From the IMG/VR virus record IMGVR_UViG_3300030104_005320, positions 51,904-115,903 of that record: a DNA stretch of 64,000 bases, one strand, 5' to 3'. Position numbers and translations under genes: made by a program. Below the pieces are notes generated by a model. It was not told where the DNA came from. It did no database searches and worked only from the letters and a program-made list of their open reading frames with translations. This stretch comes from a virus. Position 1 is the first letter of the stretch. Each line of letters begins with the position of its first letter. Below are positions 28,832 through 38,530 of the stretch, in pieces.

Positions 28832-29628
28832 ACAAAGTAACAACAAAGTGTGAAGATTGTGTTTTCTCTAAGACAGAAAACGATAAACAAACCGGTTGCC
28901 AGCTAGGACGAGATGAGAAGTTGGGCGTGTCAGAGACGGCAGACGAGGGATATTTTATTCTAGAAAGATTTTGCAATACTTACCGGCCCGATCAATGGCT
29001 AGAAGATTTAAACTTTGAAGAGTCTATGGACACGAAGAAAACCGTGATGGACGAGATTGTTCCTAGAATTGGATTTTTTATACGTTTAGACACAGGAGAT
29101 GAAACTCCAACCAATAGTGAACTAAATCATACCCTTCAGTCAATATCACAAATAGAACACGGGCCTCCAGCTTTTGTCGCCGTCATCAACGACAAAGTAG
29201 AATTTAATGAACTTATATGGTCTTTATTCTTAAAATATTTCGAAAACTCCACTACAAAATATCACATTGTTCAACTAAAAAACAAACCAGAAACAGATAT
29301 GAAGCATTTGGATGAAGCCTTTTCTCATGCTCAAAACGGATGGCTGTATTCGACAACCAGCGGAGAGTCTGTGCCAAAAGATGTTGTCAGCAAACTACAT
29401 AAAAATATAAACATAGACATGAAACAATTAATGTTGGTTGAGCCATATGATAACTACAACGGCCTCATGTTCCCTACATTTGTTTTTAAATTTTTAAAAG
29501 GGAATAGGTCTAAAATTTTTCAAGACGAGATGATGGATAGCCGTCCATTTTTAGAAAAAATGAAAGCCGCTGAAAAACGAGGAAATACAAAAACTATTTT
29601 TAGCTGGGAGGAATTCAATGCTTCCTAA
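28828..29628 (+). CDS. hypothetical protein (Cys-rich N-terminus, possible degenerate GT-A)
   Basis: CEDCVF..GC..FC; position within the GT cluster. Confidence 0.55.
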   Translation: MNKVTTKCEDCVFSKTENDKQTGCQLGRDEKLGVSETADEGYFILERFCNTYRPDQWLEDLNFEESMDTKKTVMDEIVPRIGFFIRLDTGDETPTNSELNHTLQSISQIEHGPPAFVAVINDKVEFNELIWSLFLKYFENSTTKYHIVQLKNKPETDMKHLDEAFSHAQNGWLYSTTSGESVPKDVVSKLHKNINIDMKQLMLVEPYDNYNGLMFPTFVFKFLKGNRSKIFQDEMMDSRPFLEKMKAAEKRGNTKTIFSWEEFNAS

Positions 29629-30355
29629 AGTAGCTATTATTTGTGCTAATTACAACTATGGAAATTTTGTCATAGACGCAGTAAAGAGTATTGAAAATCA
29701 AACCTATAAAGGTCCAATAAGAATATATGTTGTAGATGACGGATCTTCGGACGACTCTTTGGAAAAACTGACATCATATTCTGAAGAAAAAAACGACAAG
29801 GATAAGTATCACTTTATTAGAATAAAAAACTCTGGAGCAAGTGTCGCAAGGAATACAGCCATAAATGCGGCTTGGCACTGGGCAGATATTTTTGGTATAT
29901 TAGACTCGGACGACGCATATTACCCTGAAAAGATAGAAAAGCTAGTAGCCAAACTTGTCGAACATAAAGAAGTAGGAGTGGCATACGCTGACTACAAAAA
30001 TGTATCTCCTGTTTTTTCTAAAAGAGAATTCAAAACCGCTTATGATAAAATAACCTTACTCCAAAGATGTATTGTTCACAGCAATTCGCTAATTAAAAAA
30101 GAATACTTAGAAAAAGTCAGACTACCAAACGGAGAGTTTTTTGACAGCAAGTTACACGGTCCAGCTAGCGAAGGGTTCATAGGATGCACAGAAGACTATG
30201 ATTTATGGCTTAGACTTTCTAATCATTGCATTATCACGCATGTTCCAGAATGTCTGGCTATAGCCAATCAACACGATAATAACCAGTCTAAAAAAATGAC
30301 TCCTGAAATATTCCAAAAAAACGCCCAAACCATAAGACAAAGAGCGGGTATTTAA
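29618..30355 (+). CDS. GT2 glycosyltransferase
   Basis: ANYNYG, VVDDGSSD, GASVARN, LDSDD, EDYDLWLR. Confidence 0.93.
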   Translation: MLPKVAIICANYNYGNFVIDAVKSIENQTYKGPIRIYVVDDGSSDDSLEKLTSYSEEKNDKDKYHFIRIKNSGASVARNTAINAAWHWADIFGILDSDDAYYPEKIEKLVAKLVEHKEVGVAYADYKNVSPVFSKREFKTAYDKITLLQRCIVHSNSLIKKEYLEKVRLPNGEFFDSKLHGPASEGFIGCTEDYDLWLRLSNHCIITHVPECLAIANQHDNNQSKKMTPEIFQKNAQTIRQRAGI

Positions 30356-31065
30356 TGGCCAGATTTGTAACTAAAATAACAAACAAAAAAACACCGACTT
30401 TTCTAAAGGGAGATCTGGCTGTTGCTATTCTTTCTGCCGGAAGTGGCAGCAGAATCAGATCTTACGAACCGAGAAGCCTACTTAAAATAGGAAACGAATC
30501 TCTAATTGATCATCAAATTAAAACGGTCAATCAATGTTTTGAAGACCCTGAAATAATTAGTGTTATTGGCTGTCACGCAAAAAAAATAATAAAAAAGACA
30601 AAAGGCAAAACACGTATAATAGAAAATCAACTACACGAAACTAGCAACTCTTCAGAGAGTTTGAGGCTAGCATTTAATAGCACGTTGAAAAAAAGTATGC
30701 TTTTCATGCATGGAGATCTTTATTTCAACGAAGGCACACTAAAAACGCTAGACTACAGTAAGTCGTTTATTATAATAGATACCAAAAATCAAATGAAAGA
30801 CAACGAAGTAGGTGTAACAATATCAGAGGGTAGTGCCGCAATAATGTCTTACGGCCTACCAACTAAATGGGCACAGATAGCCTTTTTGACAGGAAGAGAA
30901 TATAAAATATTAAAAAATATTTTTAACAAATATGAAACGCATGATAAAAAGAAATTGTCTTTTGAGATTATAAATATGATTATTAACATGGGTGGCAAGT
31001 TTTCGTGTCACGAACCGGAAAAAATGTCTATAGTCGAAATAGACAGAATAAAGGATATTAAATGA
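30355..31065 (+). CDS. NTP transferase (LicC/MobA-like nucleotidyltransferase)
   Basis: AILSAGSGSRI..PRSLL, NSSESL, MHGDL. Confidence 0.75.
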   Translation: MARFVTKITNKKTPTFLKGDLAVAILSAGSGSRIRSYEPRSLLKIGNESLIDHQIKTVNQCFEDPEIISVIGCHAKKIIKKTKGKTRIIENQLHETSNSSESLRLAFNSTLKKSMLFMHGDLYFNEGTLKTLDYSKSFIIIDTKNQMKDNEVGVTISEGSAAIMSYGLPTKWAQIAFLTGREYKILKNIFNKYETHDKKKLSFEIINMIINMGGKFSCHEPEKMSIVEIDRIKDIK

Positions 31066-32099
31066 AAATACTGATTTCTAGTGATGGCCTACATGCACAC
31101 TTTTACCAAAGGTCAGCTTGGATAAATGCTTTTGAAGCGTGCGGCATACAGACTTATTTTTGGGACTGCAAACAAGTTCCTGCATTCGATGTTTTCGACG
31201 CTTTCGAACCGGATTTGTTTTTAGGACAGTCTTACAACCTAACTCCCGATTTAATAAAGTGTATATACGAAAGACCGCATCTCAAAGTGGGCCTCCGTTC
31301 AGGAGACTGGGGAGATCAAGAAAAAGAAGTAGATAAAACCAAATACAATATACTATATTGCTCTGAACAAGAAAAGCAGATTTTAAAAAAGCTAAAAGAA
31401 GAGACTGGACAGCCAGAGTTTGTTCACATTCATTACAACGATGAAGAAATCCAAAGAACACACAATCATTTTGAAACTATAGGGATTAAGCCAGTGTCGA
31501 TTATGATGTGTGCGGACACGACGATATATAACGATGCGGAGCCACAAGAAGATCTGAGGTGCGACATAGGATTTGTTGGCGGGTATTGGCCATATAAAGG
31601 TCAAGTTATAAATGAATATCTTTTTCCTATGCTTGATTCATTTAAGTACAAGGTTAAAATATTTGGCAACAGTCCTTGGCCAGCAAACCAATACTGCGGA
31701 GTGATCGATGACGACCAATTAAAAGATTTATTTGTATCGGCTAAAATATGTCCAAATTTAAGTGAGCCACATGCACAAAAATTTGGTATTGATGTAAACG
31801 AAAGAATATTTAAAATACTCTGCTCTGGCGGATTCTGTATATCTGATTATGTTAAATCTTATGAGATGTTTGGAGACGGGGTTGTCCTAGCGAAAACTCC
31901 AGAAGATTTTAGAGATAAAATAAAATACTACCTAGAAAACCATAATGAGCGTGTTATTATTAGCAAAAGAGGGCAACAATACGTAAGACAAAACCACACA
32001 GGATTTCACAGAGTTTCTAAGCTTCTAAAATCCTTTGGATATGAAGATCTGTCTAATAACATTATTGAAAAATACAAGGAATTGATTAATGAGAACTAA
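31062..32099 (+). CDS. CgeB-like (Glyco_trans_1_2) glycosyltransferase
   Basis: DIGFVGG, SAKICPN, VNERIFKIL..GGFCISD, HT..HR. Confidence 0.8.
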   Translation: MKILISSDGLHAHFYQRSAWINAFEACGIQTYFWDCKQVPAFDVFDAFEPDLFLGQSYNLTPDLIKCIYERPHLKVGLRSGDWGDQEKEVDKTKYNILYCSEQEKQILKKLKEETGQPEFVHIHYNDEEIQRTHNHFETIGIKPVSIMMCADTTIYNDAEPQEDLRCDIGFVGGYWPYKGQVINEYLFPMLDSFKYKVKIFGNSPWPANQYCGVIDDDQLKDLFVSAKICPNLSEPHAQKFGIDVNERIFKILCSGGFCISDYVKSYEMFGDGVVLAKTPEDFRDKIKYYLENHNERVIISKRGQQYVRQNHTGFHRVSKLLKSFGYEDLSNNIIEKYKELINEN

Positions 32100-33057
32100 A
32101 GTTTTGGTCACTGGTGCTAATGGTTTTTTAGGCAAAGCCGTGTGTAAAAACATTAGAAACGTCAATAAGTATAAAGTGCTGCCCTTGCATGGTAAATCTG
32201 AATGGGATTTGACAAAACAAAAATATGTAGACTATGCCCTTCAACAATATGAACCCGATGTTGTTGTTCATCTGGCCGCTACGGTAGGAGGCATAGGTGC
32301 AAATAAAGAAAATCCCGGCCTATTTATGTATGATAATTTGTGTATGGGTATGAATCTGATAGAATCCTGTAGAAAATATGGCAAGTTAAAAAAGTTTGTC
32401 ATGGTTGGAACCGTATGTGCTTATCCAAAATTTACCCCAGTTCCATTTAAAGAGTCGGATCTTTGGAACGGCTACCCCGAAGAAACTAATGCACCTTATG
32501 GTATTGCTAAAAAGGCTCTTATGGAACTACTGATAGCCTATAAGTCGCAATACAATTTCAATGCTGTTAATTTAATACCAGTAAATATGTATGGACCTAA
32601 CGATAACTTCAATCCAGAAATAAGCCATGTCATACCGGCCTTGATTTTAAAAATAGATAGAGCTATGCATGTGGGCAAAAAAGAAATAGAGCTATGGGGA
32701 ACGGGAGAAGCTAGTAGAGAATTTTTGTATGTTGACGATTGTGCGGAGGCGATTACCAAGTCTATAGAGGCGGAAGTTGATCCAAGCCCCATAAACATAG
32801 GAACAGGAAAAGAAATCAAAATAAAAGATTTAATTACCAGACTTGCAAAACTCATGGGGTATGCAGGGGACATAAAATTTAATTCTGATCTTCCCGATGG
32901 CCAGCCAAGAAGATGTTTAGACACTAAAAAAGCAACTGAAGAACTTGGATTTACTGCAAAGACAAGCCTTCATGAAGGATTAAAAAATACCGTAAGTTGG
33001 TACTACAATAACAAGGAACAGTATAAATTCAATGATTACTTCGATTATATTCAGTAA
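32089..33057 (+). CDS. fcl: GDP-L-fucose synthase
   Basis: TGANGFLG, HLAATVGGIGAN, GTVCAYP, YGIAKK, PVNMYGPNDNF, SHVIPAL, WGTGEASREFLYVDD, PDGQPRR. Confidence 0.93.
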   Translation: MRTKVLVTGANGFLGKAVCKNIRNVNKYKVLPLHGKSEWDLTKQKYVDYALQQYEPDVVVHLAATVGGIGANKENPGLFMYDNLCMGMNLIESCRKYGKLKKFVMVGTVCAYPKFTPVPFKESDLWNGYPEETNAPYGIAKKALMELLIAYKSQYNFNAVNLIPVNMYGPNDNFNPEISHVIPALILKIDRAMHVGKKEIELWGTGEASREFLYVDDCAEAITKSIEAEVDPSPINIGTGKEIKIKDLITRLAKLMGYAGDIKFNSDLPDGQPRRCLDTKKATEELGFTAKTSLHEGLKNTVSWYYNNKEQYKFNDYFDYIQ

Positions 33058-33871
33058 AGATAGACCTCTACAGCTAGATCTATGTTTAAAAAGTCTAAAT
33101 AAAAATTTTCCTGATTCTGAAAACTTAGTCATTTATAATAACTCTTCTGAGTTTGTAGAGTCATATGAAATTCTAAAATCAGAGCATTCTCAGGTTGAAT
33201 ATTGGCCGCAGAGCAATTCTCTTTTTTCAGATATATACTTAGCGGCACAAAGCTCGGATAATGATTATATTTGCTTTTTTACAGACGATGATATCTTTTA
33301 TAAAAAGTGTCTTCCTATAAGACAAGACATATTAGATAATAAAGATGTCATGTGTCTCTCATTAAGGATGGGGGCTAATATTAATCAAAGATCCCATGAA
33401 GGTAATATTTTTCAAGACGTAGCCGCCGAGATGTATCAATTAGACGAAAACACGATATGCTGGAATAAAACTAGAAATGCCTATGGCTCCTATTGGTCGT
33501 ATTCTTTGTCTGTAGACGGTCACATATTTAGGAAGCAAGACATCTTAGATATTTTTGACGAAATGAACTACCTGAACGAGAGATATAGATGGACACAAAC
33601 CCCAAATACAATAGAGTCAATTATGCAAAGATTCTGGACAACTACTCCACCTATGATGGCTTCTTTTCCGCATAGCGTTGTTGTCAATAGTCCAAATAAC
33701 AGGGTGCAAGACAGCCATCTCGCCAATAAATCTGGCGAAGTTTACGACTATACATCAAAAGATCTTTTAGAAAAATACATGCAGGGATCAAGAATAAATA
33801 TTGACAATCTTGACTTTGGTGAAATAAAATGCCCACACACAGAAATTGATATTATCAAAGGATTAGAATGA
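33032..33871 (+). CDS. putative GT-A glycosyltransferase
   Basis: IIFSKDRPLQL, FFTDDDIF, SLRMG, SVDGHIF. Confidence 0.65.
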   Translation: MITSIIFSKDRPLQLDLCLKSLNKNFPDSENLVIYNNSSEFVESYEILKSEHSQVEYWPQSNSLFSDIYLAAQSSDNDYICFFTDDDIFYKKCLPIRQDILDNKDVMCLSLRMGANINQRSHEGNIFQDVAAEMYQLDENTICWNKTRNAYGSYWSYSLSVDGHIFRKQDILDIFDEMNYLNERYRWTQTPNTIESIMQRFWTTTPPMMASFPHSVVVNSPNNRVQDSHLANKSGEVYDYTSKDLLEKYMQGSRINIDNLDFGEIKCPHTEIDIIKGLE

Positions 33872-34488
33872 TATTTAGTATTGCAAAAATAAATAAAGCG
33901 TTTCCAATCACTGGAGCAATTCATGTTGGTGCTTTTGCCGGAGAAGAACTTGGTCACTATAGAAGCTTAGGGCTTACAAACACTGTAATGTTTGAGCCGC
34001 AAAAAAATTTGTATGATCGACTTCTTCCAAAAATGATATTAGATGAAAAAATACACAACGTGGCACTTGGGTCTTCCTGTGGCACTATGGATATGTACAT
34101 ATCTCACAGAGAGGGAGGCATAGAAATGGGATCTGGTGCCTCTAGTTCTTTGTTAAAACCTAAAGTGCATCTCCAAGAACATCCGGAAGTTACATTTCCA
34201 GAAGTACAAAAAGTAGAAGTTAAAACTCTAGACGAATATTATGACGAGAACTATAACTTTTTAAACATAGATGTTCAAGGTTATGAGCTAGAGGTTTTGA
34301 AGGGCGGTGTAAAAACCTTAAACAATATTCAAGCAATGGTGGTAGAGGTTAACAGAGATGAAGTATATGAAGGTTGTCCGCAATTAGAGGACATTACCGA
34401 ATTTCTATCTCCTCTTGGCTTTACAATGGTAGACATAGCATGGCAATCTAAAAGCTGGGGAGACGCTATATATGCAAAAACAAAATAA
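33868..34488 (+). CDS. FkbM-family methyltransferase
   Basis: HVGAFAGEE, FEP, SSSLLKP, LNIDVQGYELEVLKG, WGDA. Confidence 0.9.
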   Translation: MIFSIAKINKAFPITGAIHVGAFAGEELGHYRSLGLTNTVMFEPQKNLYDRLLPKMILDEKIHNVALGSSCGTMDMYISHREGGIEMGSGASSSLLKPKVHLQEHPEVTFPEVQKVEVKTLDEYYDENYNFLNIDVQGYELEVLKGGVKTLNNIQAMVVEVNRDEVYEGCPQLEDITEFLSPLGFTMVDIAWQSKSWGDAIYAKTK

Positions 34489-35230
34489 TATTAGTATTGT
34501 GACTGGAACTCTTAACAGGGTTGAATATCTTGAAGCTCTTGTTGCCAACACCGTAGAGTCGGATAGCAGATTAGAGCTTGTATTGGTTGATGGAGGAAGC
34601 ACAGACGGAACAATTGAGTTTATAGAGAATTTTATAAACCATCCAAGAATTAAACTTATTAAATATGGAAAGCGTAGCCCTTATCCCCATTATATGAATC
34701 TGGGAATACAAAACGCATCGTGTGAATTGGTATGCCAGTGGAATGATGACGTTATTATGACTAGTCTTGGCTGGCAGAAAGTTTTTAACTCCATAGACGA
34801 TGAACACGACGCATATCTATTTAACTGGAAAGAGGGCAACTTTCCAGATACGATTGATGCTCAATGGCTAAAGTGCGACCACATGAGAGACAACGGATGG
34901 ATCATATGCAACAATGCCGACTACACATATCCACAAATGGTCGGAGAGCGAAGAGGCGAAGTTGTCATGAACTACGGCATTTATAAAAAGGACATATTTA
35001 GAAAACATGGCCTATACGATAAAGGCTACCGCTATTACTGTGCAGACGGCGAAATGGCGATGCGTGCATACTATCAAGGCTGTAAATTTAAGTCGTTGAT
35101 CGATGTCAAAGTTTGTGTGCTTCCGGCAGAGAAAAGAGCGATAATGTACAATGAAGATATACAAAGATACAATAAAGATTGTCAAAACTATGTTAACGGA
35201 AAATTTGAAAAGGAATATGAATACCTATGA
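34472..35230 (+). CDS. GT2 glycosyltransferase
   Basis: ISIVTGTLNR, VDGGSTDGT, NLG, WNDD, YCAD. Confidence 0.85.
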   Translation: MQKQNNISIVTGTLNRVEYLEALVANTVESDSRLELVLVDGGSTDGTIEFIENFINHPRIKLIKYGKRSPYPHYMNLGIQNASCELVCQWNDDVIMTSLGWQKVFNSIDDEHDAYLFNWKEGNFPDTIDAQWLKCDHMRDNGWIICNNADYTYPQMVGERRGEVVMNYGIYKKDIFRKHGLYDKGYRYYCADGEMAMRAYYQGCKFKSLIDVKVCVLPAEKRAIMYNEDIQRYNKDCQNYVNGKFEKEYEYL

Positions 35231-35949
35231 GAAAATACATTTCATTTACGCTATATGGAGACAACCCCAAATATGTAGAAGGGATGCACCGAAACATAGA
35301 AATGAAAGATGAATTTTATCCAGATTGGGATATCATTATATTTCACGATGACAGCGTTGCACCGGAAGTTTTAGAAACACTTTCTCAAAATGCAGAACTT
35401 AGAAACATGACAGACTCTGGAATTTTAGCTGCTAGCTGGAGGTTCTGTGTAATAGATGAACCGGATGTGGAAAGGTTTATTGTTAGAGATTCTGATTCTA
35501 GGTTTTCTGCTAGAGAAGCAGCAGCCGTTCAAGAATGGGAACAAGAAGACACTAGGCTGCACATCATGAGAGATCATCCCCATCATGGATATGTTATTCT
35601 TGGAGGAATGTGGGGCGTAAAAGTAGACAGGGAATTCGAAAATGCCAACCTTAGAGATATTCTCCTATATTATCAAGGGGGAGCAGTTGAAGATATGACT
35701 AATAGAGAGCATTGGTCAATGACAGATATGAATTTCTTGAGAGATGCGGTCTATCCTCACTCAGCTCTAGAAGAAGGAAACTCTACGATACATGCGGCTA
35801 CAGATTATATGCACAAAGTTTCTTGGCAAAACGAACCTTGGTCAAAGGATTTTCCAACCCCTAGAAACGCCGATAAAAACTTTGTAGGAGAAATATTTGA
35901 TTTTGTAAATGGAGAAGAAGTTAGAGGGCCGCAATATGCGGAGCTTTAG
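35227..35949 (+). CDS. uncharacterised GT-like protein (ISFxLYG/RDxDS/MRDH family)
   Basis: ISFTLYG, WRF, RDSDSR, MRDHPHH, ILGGMWG; paralogous to the C-terminal domain of 52444-54033. Confidence 0.6.
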   Translation: MRKYISFTLYGDNPKYVEGMHRNIEMKDEFYPDWDIIIFHDDSVAPEVLETLSQNAELRNMTDSGILAASWRFCVIDEPDVERFIVRDSDSRFSAREAAAVQEWEQEDTRLHIMRDHPHHGYVILGGMWGVKVDREFENANLRDILLYYQGGAVEDMTNREHWSMTDMNFLRDAVYPHSALEEGNSTIHAATDYMHKVSWQNEPWSKDFPTPRNADKNFVGEIFDFVNGEEVRGPQYAEL

Positions 35950-36393
35950 ATGAGATTAATAGCACACAGAGGGAACAGATGGGGTGCAGAGACACATCTA
36001 GAAAACACGCCAGAGTATATAGAACAGGCAATAGATCAAGGCTTTGATGCGGAGATTGATATAAGCCTAACAGACTCTGGATTCGTGATCGGTCATGACG
36101 ACAAAAAAGTAGAAGTCGATATTAACTGGATACTGGACAACGCACGATATCTTTGGCTCCACTGCAAAAATCTAAAAGCACTTTTTGGCTTGCGTGGATA
36201 CCCTGATCTTAATTATTTTTGGCATCAAGAAGATGACTTCACGCTAACTAGCCAATCGATAATTTGGACTTATCCAAATAAACCAGTCACCAGTAAAAGC
36301 GTTATAGTTTGCGAAAGTCTCGCAGAATGTCAAAACTATATTTCAAAAAAGGCTTACGGTATTTGTTCGGATTATGTTGGACTTATTAAATGA
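35950..36393 (+). CDS. glycerophosphodiester phosphodiesterase-like protein
   Basis: LIAHRGN, ENT, EID, GHD, WLHCKN, GICSD. Confidence 0.75.
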   Translation: MRLIAHRGNRWGAETHLENTPEYIEQAIDQGFDAEIDISLTDSGFVIGHDDKKVEVDINWILDNARYLWLHCKNLKALFGLRGYPDLNYFWHQEDDFTLTSQSIIWTYPNKPVTSKSVIVCESLAECQNYISKKAYGICSDYVGLIK

Positions 36394-37148
36394 AAATATT
36401 AGTAGTAGGCGATAGTTGTATAGATCAGTATGTATATGGAGAGTGCGAAAGGCTTTGTCCTGAAGGTCCGGTGCCCATCTTAGCAGAACAAGACCGAACG
36501 GAAGCACCGGGGATGGCCGGAAACACACATAGAAATATGTTAGCGTTTTGTCCTGATGCGGAACTGATGTCTAATAATTATTTAGAAATTATAAAGACTA
36601 GATTTGTTGACAGTAAAACAAATCAACTATTGCTCAGAGTAGATATTAACGACACTGCACAAAGAATATCCAAAGAAGATATTGAAGAAATATGCGAACA
36701 GAATTATGATCTACTGGTTGTTTCCGACTACTGTAAAGGATTTTTACAAGATTCAGATCTAATTAAAATTACATGCAATTGCAAGCTCGCCGTTCTTGAC
36801 ACAAAGAGAAAACTGACTACCGAGATGTTGGATGCCTACGACTTTGTTAAAGTTAACGAGATTGAGTACGAAAGAAACAAAGATATCATAGAATCTCTCG
36901 CCGACAATTCAAAAATAATAATAACTTTAGGCGGCAAGGGGGTAAAGTTTATGGACAACATATTTCCTCCTCCGGCTGTTTTGCAAACGTTTGATGTGTC
37001 TGGTGCCGGAGATGTCTTCACCGCCTCCCTTGCTTACAAGCTATGTAGCCAAGAGCCTGTTGATGAATCTATAAGATTTGCACAGGAGTGCTGCAATAAA
37101 GTGATACAAAAGAAAGGGACATGCATTTATGAAAAAGATATGGACTAA
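36390..37148 (+). CDS. HldE domain I-like heptose-7-phosphate kinase (PfkB family)
   Basis: VVGDSCID.YVYG..RLCPEGPVP, IKTR, LLRVD, SDYCKG, DVSGAGD. Confidence 0.85.
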   Translation: MKILVVGDSCIDQYVYGECERLCPEGPVPILAEQDRTEAPGMAGNTHRNMLAFCPDAELMSNNYLEIIKTRFVDSKTNQLLLRVDINDTAQRISKEDIEEICEQNYDLLVVSDYCKGFLQDSDLIKITCNCKLAVLDTKRKLTTEMLDAYDFVKVNEIEYERNKDIIESLADNSKIIITLGGKGVKFMDNIFPPPAVLQTFDVSGAGDVFTASLAYKLCSQEPVDESIRFAQECCNKVIQKKGTCIYEKDMD

Positions 37149-37515
37149 TGGATGTTTTGACATACTGCATGTGGGACATATCGAACTTTTTAAATACGCT
37201 AAATCTCTAGGCGAATATTTAACAGTTGGTATAGATTCAGACAAACGAGTCTCTGAGCTAAAGGGACAAAACAGACCTATAAATGATGAAAATTCCAGAA
37301 AAAAAATGTTATCTAGCATTAGGTGGGTTGATAATGTGGTAGTATTTAGTGATGAAAAAGAACTTTCTGATTCGGTTCAGAAACACGCAGACATAATTGT
37401 AGTAGGCTCAGACTATAAGAACAAAAGAGTAATTGGTTCTGAATGGGCAGATGTTGTGTTTTTTGATAAAATAAAAGGCTACTCAACTACAAAAACTATT
37501 GAAAGAATAAAATGA
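37129..37515 (+). CDS. HldE domain II-like heptose-1-phosphate nucleotidyltransferase
   Basis: TNGCFDILHVGH, VGIDSD..V..LKG..RP, GSDY, GYSTT. Confidence 0.88.
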   Translation: MKKIWTNGCFDILHVGHIELFKYAKSLGEYLTVGIDSDKRVSELKGQNRPINDENSRKKMLSSIRWVDNVVVFSDEKELSDSVQKHADIIVVGSDYKNKRVIGSEWADVVFFDKIKGYSTTKTIERIK

Positions 37516-37874
37516 AGTTTGTTAATAAAGAATGGGGCTATGAAATTTGGATTGAAAACAATAAAGATTATTGTGGTAAACATCTTCATGTGTTACCCAA
37601 AAAATGGTGCTCGATACATTATCATATAAACAAAAAAGAAACCTTTTACATAATAAAGGGCGAACTATTGTTGGAATACGCACCCTTGGACTCCACGCTT
37701 AAAGACGACTGGGAAAAGGTTCGCAAAATCAAAATACTCAAAGAAGGCGAGTCCATGACACTGCCAACAGGAATAGTGCATACTTTTACAAGCAACACAT
37801 CTCGTCCTTGTGACTTCATAGAGGTTTCTACTTTCCACGAGGACTCTGATTCCATAAGGATAGGCAAAAAATGA
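37512..37874 (+). CDS. cupin-domain sugar isomerase-like protein
   Basis: KEWGYE, YCGK, SIHYH..KKETF, H.F, EVST...DSIR. Confidence 0.8.
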   Translation: MKFVNKEWGYEIWIENNKDYCGKHLHVLPKKWCSIHYHINKKETFYIIKGELLLEYAPLDSTLKDDWEKVRKIKILKEGESMTLPTGIVHTFTSNTSRPCDFIEVSTFHEDSDSIRIGKK

Positions 37875-38530
37875 AAGATATTGTTTTTGTCGGTCATTTA
37901 GGGCTTGGCGATCATATAATAACTCAGGGCATTATCAACCTGCTGGCCCCTAAGTACAAAAACATATGGATTCCTGTTAAGCAGCATAACATATCTTCAG
38001 TTGCACATATGTGCAGGGATTTAAAAAACATATCCTATATCCCCTGCTCTACGGATGAAGACTTAGATCATTTAGTGTTTTCTGGAGATTTGAAAGAAAT
38101 ACTTTGCGTCGGCCATAGGAACCCAACATGGCATCAAAGAGACACAGTGAATTTTGATAAATATTTTTATCGGCAAATAAATATAGACTTTAACGAATCT
38201 TACAACTGGATTCCACAAGACGGTTTAGAGTGCGAAAAAATAAACAAACTAATTCCAGATGAGCCATTTTGCTTTGTTCACGACGATGAGTCTAGAAATT
38301 ATAAAATCAATCCAAGCACAAATTTAAAACAGATTAGAAACTCTGTAACTGCGGATACTATATTCGACTATCTTCCGCTGATAAGACAGGCGACAGAAAT
38401 TCACTGCATGGATAGCTGTTTTGCTCTTATGATAGAGAGGGCGGGTATAGATTGTAAAAAATATATGTATTCCAATCTTCGTACTTCTGAGGTTCTTGCA
38501 ACTTATAAAAATGGATGGGAATTTGTTTAA
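37871..38530 (+). CDS. uncharacterised GT-B-like protein (HxGLGD family)
   Basis: HLGLGDHII...ATEIHCMDS; paralogous to 50870-51700 and 51657-52442. Confidence 0.55.
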   Translation: MKDIVFVGHLGLGDHIITQGIINLLAPKYKNIWIPVKQHNISSVAHMCRDLKNISYIPCSTDEDLDHLVFSGDLKEILCVGHRNPTWHQRDTVNFDKYFYRQINIDFNESYNWIPQDGLECEKINKLIPDEPFCFVHDDESRNYKINPSTNLKQIRNSVTADTIFDYLPLIRQATEIHCMDSCFALMIERAGIDCKKYMYSNLRTSEVLATYKNGWEFV

